A DNA stretch of 64,000 bases, from contig OX337241.1 in NCBI GenBank assembly GCA_946965045.2, forward strand, positions 2,728,001-2,792,000. Direction: 5' to 3'. Made by a program: the position numbers and the translations under genes. Shown here in pieces: positions 10,886 to 20,301 of this stretch. Below the pieces are notes generated by a model. The model ran no database searches, was not told where the DNA came from, and saw only the letters and a list, made by a program, of their open reading frames with translations. This DNA comes from Epithemia pelagica (lineage: Eukaryota; Protista; Bacillariophyta). Each line of letters opens with the position of its first letter. Position 1 is the stretch's first letter.

Positions 10886-11258
10886 ATGTGGTTCTGCCGG
10901 CGAGCCTGTTTGGTCTTGGTCCAAGAGCTCTTCCTACTTCGTATCTGGAGTACCTAGCTCGCCTCTAGCTAGTGCCTCGAGCTAGCTAGAGTAGAGAGGT
11001 CGTCGCTCCGGTCGGATGATGCCCGATCCATGTACTCTCGCTCTATGAATAAAAGGAGGAGGATTAGCACGGAGAGAGCAACGAGGACTAACTGCATGAT
11101 GGAGTGACAATCCTCCATAATAATATATGGATCGGGCATCCTCGACTACCTCTACTATTGTAGATCTACTCTACGAGTAGAGATAGTCGGCATAGCATAG
11201 GGACTCGAGCTCCGAACTCCAGGACCAAGACCAAACAGGTTCGCCGGCAGAGCCACAT
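10886..11258. repeat. Degenerate fold-back (nested inverted repeat), MITE-like
   Basis: 37-nt arms at 10886-10922 and 11222-11258 (35/37). Inner perfect 14-nt arms at 11018-11031 and 11127-11140, and 8-nt arms at 11058-11065 and 11109-11116. Confidence 0.75.
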
Positions 11259-11815
11259 CGGCCGAGCACCGCAGCAAAGAAGCGCCACCATGGTGGTGGC
11301 GGACCAACCAAGAACGACGACCAAGAAGGAGGCGCTTTGGTGATTGTCTTGTTGGGACACACACTCACAACAAGTTGCCATGGCAGCGCGTTTCTCTCTT
11401 GTGTGTGTGTGTGTGAACGAGTATGTATGTGGTTGTCGTTGTCGTCATCCCACAAATCCGCCTCGGGTGGTGGTGGTGCTTGGAGAGAACGGACACACAC
11501 ACATGGACTCGTTCCAAACCTAAAACAACACAAGTGTGTGTTCCAAACCGCGCAACGACGACCCGAATGCGCTTCCTCCCATCCATCCTAATGCCCTCTA
11601 GTGTGTGCGAGGAAGAGCCCTGACAAACACACATACACATACATCACCACAACCATGAAGAAGAATCCCAACCAATACACACACTCGAGAGAAGACATGA
11701 CTAGAGCAACCACAACTACGATTCGAAAAAAAAAGAGTGGTTCACTTTTTTATCCTGACCAGAACCAAACCAACCAACCGTCGGATTGTTGGATCAACAG
11801 CACAAAACCTACACC

Positions 11816-14683
11816 ATGACGACGATGACAACGACTGTGGCGACAAGGCCCACCTCCACGGTTGTGCCAACTCGGTCGATGGGGGTTCCCCGACTGTTGC
11901 GGCTGCTTCCTGGTGGGATGCTTGTGTGGGTTCTTCTTTTTGTTGTTGTTGGTGGTGATGCACCACGTGGAATAGCGCAAGCTGTCGCCGCTCGGACGAG
12001 TCGAATGTCACCATCACCACAGCAGCAACAGCAACACGAACCAGAAGATGGTGGTCGAGTCCTCCAGCTACAGTACGGCAAAAAGAAGATGAAGACGAAG
12101 AGCTGGAGGGATTCGCCCGTTCCCACCATGGCACCACCCACTAGCCCCAATACACCGCCATTTACGAATCCTACTCCCACCCAGGCACCCCTGGTCAATC
12201 CCGGGACCTGGTACACCAGTATCGTCGTGCCCATGGTTCCTCCTCCTGCACCACCATCTCCTCATCATCATCCTCCTCCTCATTCGTTCTTCTCCACCTC
12301 GGTTCGGCCGCACAGGGATCATCCAAACGACAAGCAGCAGCAACCACACGGGAAAAAAGAGTCCGTTCCCACGAATAGTCAAAGGAAGAGTACCAAGGAA
12401 TCCAAGCAATTTTCTTTGCCCAAACGCTCCTCCTCCTTGCCCACAAAAAACAAGAAGCAAGGTCACCCCCAAAAGAGGACCCGCACCCAGAAGCGCCAGG
12501 GCGGCAAAAAGGAGCAGCAGCAAAAGCAGCATCCCCCTGGCAAACACGACGACCGGACACCGTCATTCCTCCAATCGTCTCCCACGCAGCAGCATCGTAC
12601 CACCATGGCTCCTACTAGTACTCCCCCGGTGGTGATTCCAGTCCCCACCACACCGTCTTTTCCTTCGTCTGCTCCTTCTTCTTCTGTTTTGTTGGGGATG
12701 GGAGGAAAACAGGCAGCATCATCTTATTCGGGGGGAAAGAAACAAGAATCCTCGGGTAAAAAACAAGGCGTCCATCATAACCGTGAGAATGGCAAGAACC
12801 TGTCGAGAAAGGGCAAGAAAGGGGACCAGAACCGTAGCAGCGGTTCCTCGAATCGGATCAAGAGTACCAAACAAGTCAAGAGTGGGGGCAAACAACCAGG
12901 TGACAAGGATCATGACGACGACAAGAACCTGTCGAGAAAGGGCAAGAAAGGTGACCAGAGCCGTAGTAGCGGTTCCCCAAACCACCGGATCAAGAGTACC
13001 AAACAAGGCACGAGAGGGGGCCAACAGCAAGGCGACAAGGATAACGACGACGACAACCTGTCGAGTCATGGCAAGAAAGGTGACCAGAGCCGTAGCGGTT
13101 CCCCGAATCGTATCAAGAGTACCAAAGAGCGACAAAAGAGTGGCGGGAAACAGCAAGGCGACAAGGATCATGACGACGACAAGAACCTGTCGAGTCATGG
13201 CAAGAAAGGTGACCAGAGCCGCAGTAGCGGTTCCCCGAATCGTATCAAGAGTACCAAACAAGGCAAGAGAGGGGGCAAACAACAACAAGGTGACAAGGAT
13301 CATGGCGACAACAACCTGTCGAGTCATGGCAAGAAAGGTGACAAGCGCAGCAGTAGCGCTTCCCCGAATCCTATCAAGAGTACCAAACAAGGCAAGAGTG
13401 GGGGCAAACAACAAGGCGACAAGGATAACGACAGCAACAACAAACTGTGGAGAAATGGCAAGAAAGGTGACCAGAGCCGCAGTAGCGGTTCCCCGAATCG
13501 TATCAAGAGTACCAAACAAGGCAAGAGCGGGGGCCACCAGCAAGACGACAAGGATCACGACGACGACAAGAACCTGTCAAGTCATGGCAAGAAAGGTGAC
13601 AAGAGCAGCAGTAGCGGTTCCCCCAACCGTATCAAGAGTACCAAACAAGCCAAAAGTGGGGGCCAACAGAAAGGCGACAAGGATCATGACGACGACAAGA
13701 ACCTGTCAAGTCGTGGCAAGAAAGGTGACAAGAGCAGCAGTAGCGGTTCCCCCAACCGTATCAAGAGTACCAAACAAGGCAAGAGAGGGAGCAAACAACA
13801 ACAAGGTGACAAGGATCATGGCGACAACAACCTGTCGAGTCATGGCAAGAAAGGTGACCAGAGCCGTAGCATTGCTCCGAAGCATATCAAAAGCACCAAA
13901 GAAGCCAAGAGTGGGAAAGGTGGTGTCCCACCACCGCACATTCCACCAAATCGCCCACCAACAACTTCCACTCCCACGGTTCGCACAGTTCCGCCTTTTT
14001 CACTTCCACAGCCAATGGTATCCTCGGCCCCTTCCTCGGCCCCTTCCTCGTCGCCGTCGTCCTTGTGGCCGGTCGCACCTTCCAGGACTGCGGTCGAACG
14101 AACGACCAATCCAACGACAACGACAACGAATTGGCCATCCCGCAGTCCAACGACTTCTCCTCCGCCCTCCTCCACGACGACGACGACAACCACAACAACA
14201 ACAACAAGTCCACCTCCGTCCTCGTTCTTCTTCCAGAGTAGTATCCAGGCAGCTGCATCCCAGGCCCCAGGGTCCCAGAATGTGGAACCGACAACGCTTC
14301 CGACTGCCAATGGCGACCCACAATCGTTGGTTGGTCTGGAGGCGTTGGATTCCGAACCACCGACCGAACAACAACAACAACAACAAGTCGAGAATGTGCC
14401 GGCCGTGACTGCGGCCTCTTCGTTGGATTCGACCGGGGACTGGAGTGATGGTAAAAGTGTGGCCTGGGTGGTTCTTGGCAGTGCCCTTGTCCTGGGTGTC
14501 AGTGTGGCTGCCATTCGTTTCTACTACCAATGGCGTCGTCGTCGTCGTCGTCGACAGGGTCCACAGGGTCGGAACCACCCGTACTTCTACCACCAGCACG
14601 ACACGACACGATTCGAACCATTGAGAGCCGCCTGGGTAGAACCGTTCGAGGACCACGACAATGACGACGACACAGTGTCATGA
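11816..14683 (+). CDS. Silaffin/SAP-like type-I membrane protein 1 (signal peptide, RXL, K/S/G/D-rich repeats, P/T/S stalk, TM, basic tail)
   Basis: ORF of about 955 aa from ATG 11816. Features: hydrophobic MLVWVLLFVVVGG, RVLQ..YGKKK, about 9 repeats of ~43 aa, TM SVAWVVLGSALVLGVSVAAIRFYY, then WRRRRRRR. Confidence 0.75.
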   Translation: MTTMTTTVATRPTSTVVPTRSMGVPRLLRLLPGGMLVWVLLFVVVGGDAPRGIAQAVAARTSRMSPSPQQQQQHEPEDGGRVLQLQYGKKKMKTKSWRDSPVPTMAPPTSPNTPPFTNPTPTQAPLVNPGTWYTSIVVPMVPPPAPPSPHHHPPPHSFFSTSVRPHRDHPNDKQQQPHGKKESVPTNSQRKSTKESKQFSLPKRSSSLPTKNKKQGHPQKRTRTQKRQGGKKEQQQKQHPPGKHDDRTPSFLQSSPTQQHRTTMAPTSTPPVVIPVPTTPSFPSSAPSSSVLLGMGGKQAASSYSGGKKQESSGKKQGVHHNRENGKNLSRKGKKGDQNRSSGSSNRIKSTKQVKSGGKQPGDKDHDDDKNLSRKGKKGDQSRSSGSPNHRIKSTKQGTRGGQQQGDKDNDDDNLSSHGKKGDQSRSGSPNRIKSTKERQKSGGKQQGDKDHDDDKNLSSHGKKGDQSRSSGSPNRIKSTKQGKRGGKQQQGDKDHGDNNLSSHGKKGDKRSSSASPNPIKSTKQGKSGGKQQGDKDNDSNNKLWRNGKKGDQSRSSGSPNRIKSTKQGKSGGHQQDDKDHDDDKNLSSHGKKGDKSSSSGSPNRIKSTKQAKSGGQQKGDKDHDDDKNLSSRGKKGDKSSSSGSPNRIKSTKQGKRGSKQQQGDKDHGDNNLSSHGKKGDQSRSIAPKHIKSTKEAKSGKGGVPPPHIPPNRPPTTSTPTVRTVPPFSLPQPMVSSAPSSAPSSSPSSLWPVAPSRTAVERTTNPTTTTTNWPSRSPTTSPPPSSTTTTTTTTTTTSPPPSSFFFQSSIQAAASQAPGSQNVEPTTLPTANGDPQSLVGLEALDSEPPTEQQQQQQVENVPAVTAASSLDSTGDWSDGKSVAWVVLGSALVLGVSVAAIRFYYQWRRRRRRRQGPQGRNHPYFYHQHDTTRFEPLRAAWVEPFEDHDNDDDTVS
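12794..13920 (+). repeat. Coding tandem repeat, ~129-nt unit x ~9 (NLSSHGKKGDQSRSSGSPNRIKSTKQGKSGGKQQGDKDHDDDK)
   Basis: Eight full units and one partial unit are readable in the translation. Confidence 0.92.
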
Positions 14684-15594
14684 TCACCGCCACAACAACA
14701 AGACGACACGAGGTAAAGACTGCTCCTGTTTCTGGTTGTTTGTCGACTCGTGTGTAGAAAACTCAATCTATAACAAATCAAACAGAAACTCCAATTCTTG
14801 TGTATTTTGAAGAAGAAGAAGAAAAGCCTCCCATTAGGAACAGCAACGTCCGTCTGGAACCGGCCGAAAGACAATACACCAAGGCACCAAGGATCCTCCT
14901 TGGTTCCGTCCTGTCTGCCAGTGAACCAAACGGAACGGTTTGTCCAGCCGGTTTCCCAGTCAGTCACTCACTCACTCGTCATTGACAAACCAACAATGAC
15001 CGAGGACTGTAGTTTCTTCCGAGCGGACTCTTTTCAACGGAACAGAAACCAATAGAATTAAGGTGTCATTCGTTCCAAACAAACGACGACAACAAGATGA
15101 TGATCCATTCCACCAACGGACGTTTGACTTGCCAGGGAGCGTCGGCAGTGTGGACAGGGCAGTTCTCGTTCCGAGCCAGATGGAACAGGCAATGATTTCC
15201 CGAGTCCAGGAACGGTACGACTCTTTGAGAAGTGATTTTGTCCTCCTTTTCATAGTTCATCACGAATGCCAACACCATTGGAGGAGGAGGAGCGCTTGCG
15301 GCTTGCGAATCAAGAACCACGACTCTCTGTGTTGGATGGTACTATGGTTTGCTTCAAAATAAGGACGCCAATCACGATTGCACAACAAACGAGAAACCTT
15401 TGGAGGACAACTCTAAAGGAGGCGAAGTAGTTGGCCTCCGTCCAGCCAACGATTCTACCAGCCAATCACAACATATATCCCAATCTGGACGACCTGAACG
15501 GAACACGAAAGCAGGAAAAACTAGCCCCAAATCAAGAATCGTTGACAAGGTCATTTTTCAAAAATTTCGGTACAACGTCTGGCGTTCCAGCTAC

Positions 15595-15608
15595 TTTGGT
15601 CTTGGTCC
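15595..15608 (+). promoter_or_regulatory. Shared upstream motif TTTGGTCTTG(GTCC)
   Basis: The same 10-mer occurs at 10909-10918, 11226-11235 (minus) and 18172-18181, i.e. upstream of each of the three paralogous membrane-protein genes. Confidence 0.35.
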
Positions 15609-16011
15609 AGCGTGCGGTCCCTAAGTGAGTGTTGGTCGTGATTCACTAAGTAAGCATAGACAAGACCAATGTTCGTCGGTCCCACTTACAAACGGCGCTT
15701 TGGTCCGTTTTGAACGCGGGATCCCGCACGCCCGTCGAGCCTGTGCTTACTGTCCCACAAAACTATCAACGATTCCAACAAAGCAACAACATGAATGAAT
15801 GAATGACATGGAGATCCCTACTCTAGAGCCAAATGCCGCGGCTTTGCCGCAGTCCCGGTCCAATCTTCAAACTCCAAAGCACATACAGAAACTAGGGAAC
15901 CGACCACCAGCCAGGAGGATGAGAGCGTCCCACAATTTCACGAGACCCTCCCTTGGCATTCAACGACGTATCGATTACACTACGAATTTATTTCATCTCT
16001 CCAGGACGACC

Positions 16012-17361
16012 ATGATGAACCGCCACTCTCCATCCGGAACCACCACCAGACATCAATGTGTCGCGGTAGTGTGCTGGATACTGTCGCTGACGACGGTGGT
16101 TTTGACAGTTCATGCTGTTCCACAGTCACCACCACAGCAACAATACGAAGAAGCACCATTGCGGGCGAGAGTCCAGGAGGAACACTCCTCTTACATCCAG
16201 TACAGCAACGACTTCCAAGAGTGGTTGGACGAACGACGACAACAACGACGACACTTGAGTGGCAAAAAGGAGAGCAGCAACGGCAAAAAGGAAGCGCAGT
16301 ACGACTACGACAGTCCTACACCGAAACCAGTGACGACTGCCAAGCCCATTTCCTCTCCGACCGACTATCCTTCCTTTTCCCCCAAGCCAACGGCCATGCC
16401 CGTTGCCAGCAAGTATTCCTCCTCGGGCAAAAAGGAGCCGAGCGGCAAGTCCTACTACCAGCAGGACCACACCACGAGCAAGCCCACGGCCAAACCCCAC
16501 GATGACTCTTCTTATTATCATGATTCGGGCAAGAAAGAATCGGGCAAAAAGGAAGCGGGGTACAGCCCCACGGCCAAACCCACGACCAAACCCACCTCCA
16601 AACCCAATGGCGTTCCGACCCCGTCACCCACCGCAACGGACGACGATTCGTATGATTGTTGGGGCAGTGGCAAAAAAGAAGCGAGTCACTGTCCGAGACG
16701 ACCAACCGGAAAACCGACCTCCAAACCCACGGGCAAAAAAGAGTCGATTCGCCAACCGACACCGCATCCGACCGGCAAACCAACTCCTAAACCCACGCCA
16801 AAGCCGACTCCCAAACCCACGCCAAAGCCAACTCCCAAACCCACATCCAAGCCAACCGCCAAGCCCACTGCCACCACCACAATGGCACCGACGGTACTTG
16901 TACGCACAGGACTGACGGGTTCCACTTCGTCGCCGCCGACGGTGGTCCCCAGTGCAATGCCCAGCGCTCATCCCAGTAGCGTCCCCAGCGAGCGCCCGTC
17001 GCAATCTCCCAGTGCCAAACCCACCACGGCTTCCACCACGTCGTCTCCGACGTTGTCTCCCTCGACCGGTCCCACGTCGGGCAGTACGACAGTCGTGACT
17101 CAAGCCGTGCAAGCGGAACCGACGGAAACGGCGCAAACCGACCGGAGTTCACCCGAGTCGGTCAATCCGGCATCGTCGTCGTCATCGTCCTCGGCATTCA
17201 AGGGGACTCCGTGGTTGATTGCCAGTGCCGGATCCTTGGTGGTGGTGGCCGCCTTGGCCAATGAATGGCGTCGACGACGACAGAGTTGTACCACTGGTAA
17301 CGCGGCCGCCAATTCGACGGAACCCTATCAAGAATTGCCCGAACCGGGCGTCTCGTCGTAA
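16012..17361 (+). CDS. Silaffin/SAP-like type-I membrane protein 2 (~449 aa)
   Basis: ATG 16012 precedes the signal peptide VAVVCWILSLTTVVLTVHA. Then RRHLSGKKES, recurring SGKKE and PTxKP repeats, TM PWLIASAGSLVVVAALA, EWRRRR and PYQEL. An upstream ATG at 15799 is also in frame. Confidence 0.78.
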   Translation: MMNRHSPSGTTTRHQCVAVVCWILSLTTVVLTVHAVPQSPPQQQYEEAPLRARVQEEHSSYIQYSNDFQEWLDERRQQRRHLSGKKESSNGKKEAQYDYDSPTPKPVTTAKPISSPTDYPSFSPKPTAMPVASKYSSSGKKEPSGKSYYQQDHTTSKPTAKPHDDSSYYHDSGKKESGKKEAGYSPTAKPTTKPTSKPNGVPTPSPTATDDDSYDCWGSGKKEASHCPRRPTGKPTSKPTGKKESIRQPTPHPTGKPTPKPTPKPTPKPTPKPTPKPTSKPTAKPTATTTMAPTVLVRTGLTGSTSSPPTVVPSAMPSAHPSSVPSERPSQSPSAKPTTASTTSSPTLSPSTGPTSGSTTVVTQAVQAEPTETAQTDRSSPESVNPASSSSSSSAFKGTPWLIASAGSLVVVAALANEWRRRRQSCTTGNAAANSTEPYQELPEPGVSS

Positions 17362-18567
17362 GAACAGACAGGGCAGCTTGGTCGTTTGGCACAAAAGAGT
17401 GTGCCTACGTCTTGCTTGGGTGACATGTATGCAATTGACCCTGCAAGCAACATTTGGTAGTATAGTAGAATGTAGTTTTTTCTTCAATGTCTCTCTTGTG
17501 TTTGTGGAGGCCACAAGTCACACTTTGGCAACCCGACCAAGTCCTTTTCGTCACCAGTCTTCATGTAATTTTGCAACGAGAAAGACGAGAAAGAGTTCAA
17601 TCCGTCCTGCTGCAGTAGAAACGACTCCGCCATGCTGTTTTGGAAGCAATCATGGTGTTGGTTCATCGTTCATGGAGAGTCACTCTCTTCTCCTAGCTAG
17701 CAACACAGAATGATGATGATGATGTTGTTTGATGCGAGTGTCAAGAATCCATCGATTCGGAAGCATCCACATCATGGTATCCAAAAAAATTGGGAATCGT
17801 GCGTTTTTGGGGTCTATCGTTTTATGGAATGGCAGAGAGATGCCGCTCTGTCTTGTGGTGATGATTGCTGTGTCTTGTTCAATGAAAAACAGCGAGCACT
17901 GCGACCATTGGCTTTGTCGTAGTGTGAAACAATGTATCGTGAAGAACCCGTGCAAGAGTCCCTAGTCCTCGGACACTACGAGTCGCTCCACGAGAGTGAG
18001 AGTGGATCCATATTCGTGTGCATGGACTCCATGGTCCGAGCAGAGGCAGGCACTGTGAAAAAGTAAAGGAACGCAGGGTGTCCATGGTCCGAGATGGGAC
18101 AAGAGATGCACATGGCTCGAGTCCGTTGAAAACGCTAGTGTAGCCGTCATCATGTGTTTTATCCTTAAGTGTTTGGTCTTGTACGGGATCGCGCTCCTGC
18201 ACTCACGATGGACCTTGGATGGTCTTTCGTTGACCCACACGAACGGCACAGACCGGGACTTGCATCAAGACTATCGATATCCGTTGAATCACATTCAAAC
18301 CTATGTGTTTGTAGATAGTAATGTTGAACCAATTAGATCAACGGATGCACGCCTGTCGACTCTGTGTCCAATTCATTCGGACCACAAAAATGACGCGCCA
18401 CCACCAAAGTTGCCATCTTTTGCTTCTACGCGATTGGACCAAGAGGAGGAATTCCTCGCCACCTTCTCGCTTTTACACATTTTCTCTCTCGAGTCTCATA
18501 ATTTTGGTTTCAGCTCTCAGCTCTTGGCCACGGACCGAACAATCACAAACGACCTAAATTTTCAACC

Positions 18568-20301
18568 ATGATGAGACAAACCACCACCACCACAGCCTTG
18601 CTCGTTCAACTCTTCTTTCTGGTACTGGCATGTTCCACTACTCCCACTAGTCAAGCGCGACAACAACTCCAGCAGAAACCCAACCACTATACCAAGGTCG
18701 TGCCCCCAACGACGACGACAATGGTCAATGTTACGGCCTGGTCCTTGGTGGCCGACAACGAGGCACCGACACTGCAGTCTCTCTTGTCCGTGACGACTCG
18801 TCGGCAGTCCACACGAGCCCTTGGTAAGAGCGACAAGAAGCAAAAGAGCAAAAAGAAGGAAAAGAGTAAAAAGGATTCGGACGACGACCATCCTCCCACC
18901 AAGGCCCCGACCAAGGCCCCGACAATGCCCTCGTCCGGATACGCTCCGGAACCAACACACGCTCCCATTTACAAAAAGAGCGAAAAGAAGGATAAGAAGG
19001 ATAAGAAGGATAAGAGTGAAAAGAAGGATAAGAGTGAAAAGAAGGAAAAGAGCGAAAAGAAGGATAAGAGTGAAAAGAAGGAGAAGAGCAAGAAGAGTGA
19101 GAAGAAGGAGAAGAGCAAGAAGAGTGAGAAGAAGGAAAAGGGCAAAAAGAGCGAGAAGAAGGAAAAGAGCAAAAAGAGCGAGAAGAAGGAAAAGAGCAAA
19201 AAGAAGGAAAAGAGCAAAAAGAAGGAAAAGAGCAAGAAGGATTCGGACGACGACCATCCTCCCACCAAGGTCCCGACCAAGGCCCCAACAATGCCCTCGT
19301 CCGGATACGCTCCGGAACCAACACACGCTCCCATTTACAAAAAGAGCGAAAAGAAGGATAAGAAGGATAAGAGTGAAAAGAAGGATAAGAGTGAAAAGAA
19401 GGAAAAGAGCGAAAAGAAGGATAAGAGTGAAAAGAAGGAGAAGAGCAAGAAGAGTGAGAAGAAGGAAAAGAGCAAGAAGAGTGAGAAGAAGGAAAAGAGC
19501 AAGAAGAGTGAGAAGAAGGAAAAGAGCAAAAAGAGCGAGAAGAAGGAAAAGAGCAAAAAGAGCGAGAAGAAGGAAAAGAGCAAAAAGAGTGAGAAGAAGG
19601 ATAAGAGCGAGAAGAAGGAAAAGAAAGAAAAGAGCAAAAAGAGCGAAAAGAAGGAAAAGAAGAGCAAGTACGATCACGACGATTCCAGCAAGAGTCACAA
19701 AATGAAGAAAAAGAGCAAGAGCAGCAAGTATGCCACATATGCTCCCACCTCTTCTCCCACGTCCAAACCCACGTACATGCCGACATTTTCTCCCACGGCC
19801 ACTCCAGAGGATTTGAATCGAGCGGGGTTGACGACCATTATTACCCCCACACCTCCTCCTACGGCTGCTCCCACCACGGCGTCTCCCACGCTCCATCCCA
19901 CAATGACTCCCACCCTGTCTCCCACGGCTTCTCCCACTGTGAAACCCACCATTTCTCCCTCGGAGGTCCAAGACTTGACCGTGACCACCGCCGCTCCCTC
20001 GAGTGCTCCCACTACTCCATCTCCCACCGCAGTCGTGGTCCAGACGGCCGTGGCCGAAACACTTGCCACGTCTCCCAAGGCGAGTCCCTTGTCCTTTGAA
20101 GAATCGGACCGTGATTATTTGCCATGGGTGACCATTGCCGGTGGCATTGTCATTGGTGCGGCCGCCATTGCCTTGGAATGGAGACGGCGAGTGCAACGGC
20201 AACAACCACAATCACCACAAGAGGCTCCGCGTCGCGATCCGTACCAAAACATGGAGGATGACGACATGGTGGATGTCAGTGTCGACGAAGGAACGGCCTA
20301 A
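18568..20301 (+). CDS. Silaffin/SAP-like type-I membrane protein 3 (577 aa)
   Basis: Signal peptide ALLVQLFFLVLACS, RALGKSDKK, long (KSEKKEKSK)n tracts, PT-rich stalk, TM LPWVTIAGGIVIGAAAIAL, EWRRR and PYQNM. Confidence 0.82.
   Translation: MMRQTTTTTALLVQLFFLVLACSTTPTSQARQQLQQKPNHYTKVVPPTTTTMVNVTAWSLVADNEAPTLQSLLSVTTRRQSTRALGKSDKKQKSKKKEKSKKDSDDDHPPTKAPTKAPTMPSSGYAPEPTHAPIYKKSEKKDKKDKKDKSEKKDKSEKKEKSEKKDKSEKKEKSKKSEKKEKSKKSEKKEKGKKSEKKEKSKKSEKKEKSKKKEKSKKKEKSKKDSDDDHPPTKVPTKAPTMPSSGYAPEPTHAPIYKKSEKKDKKDKSEKKDKSEKKEKSEKKDKSEKKEKSKKSEKKEKSKKSEKKEKSKKSEKKEKSKKSEKKEKSKKSEKKEKSKKSEKKDKSEKKEKKEKSKKSEKKEKKSKYDHDDSSKSHKMKKKSKSSKYATYAPTSSPTSKPTYMPTFSPTATPEDLNRAGLTTIITPTPPPTAAPTTASPTLHPTMTPTLSPTASPTVKPTISPSEVQDLTVTTAAPSSAPTTPSPTAVVVQTAVAETLATSPKASPLSFEESDRDYLPWVTIAGGIVIGAAAIALEWRRRVQRQQPQSPQEAPRRDPYQNMEDDDMVDVSVDEGTA
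18830..19670 (+). repeat. Hierarchical coding repeat: K/S/E micro-repeats inside two larger units that each start DSDDDHPPTK.PTKAPTMPSSGYAPEPTHAPIY
   Basis: gattcggacgacgaccatcctcccaccaagg occurs at ~18873 and ~19240, each followed by aagagcgaaaagaaggataag-type arrays. Confidence 0.9.

Noticed and set aside
12794-13920. Regularly spaced repeats as a possible CRISPR array
   Set aside because: The units are in-frame coding repeats without unique spacers, there are no cas genes, and the context is eukaryotic.
12719-14408. Long alternative-frame and antisense ORFs (12719-13558 minus, 12783-14408 plus)
   Set aside because: Shadow ORFs created by the stop-poor coding repeat of the 11816-14683 gene.
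18562-20211. 549-aa Leu/Phe-rich antisense ORF and other frames over membrane protein 3
   Set aside because: Reverse complement of the AAG/GAA repeat; no independent features.
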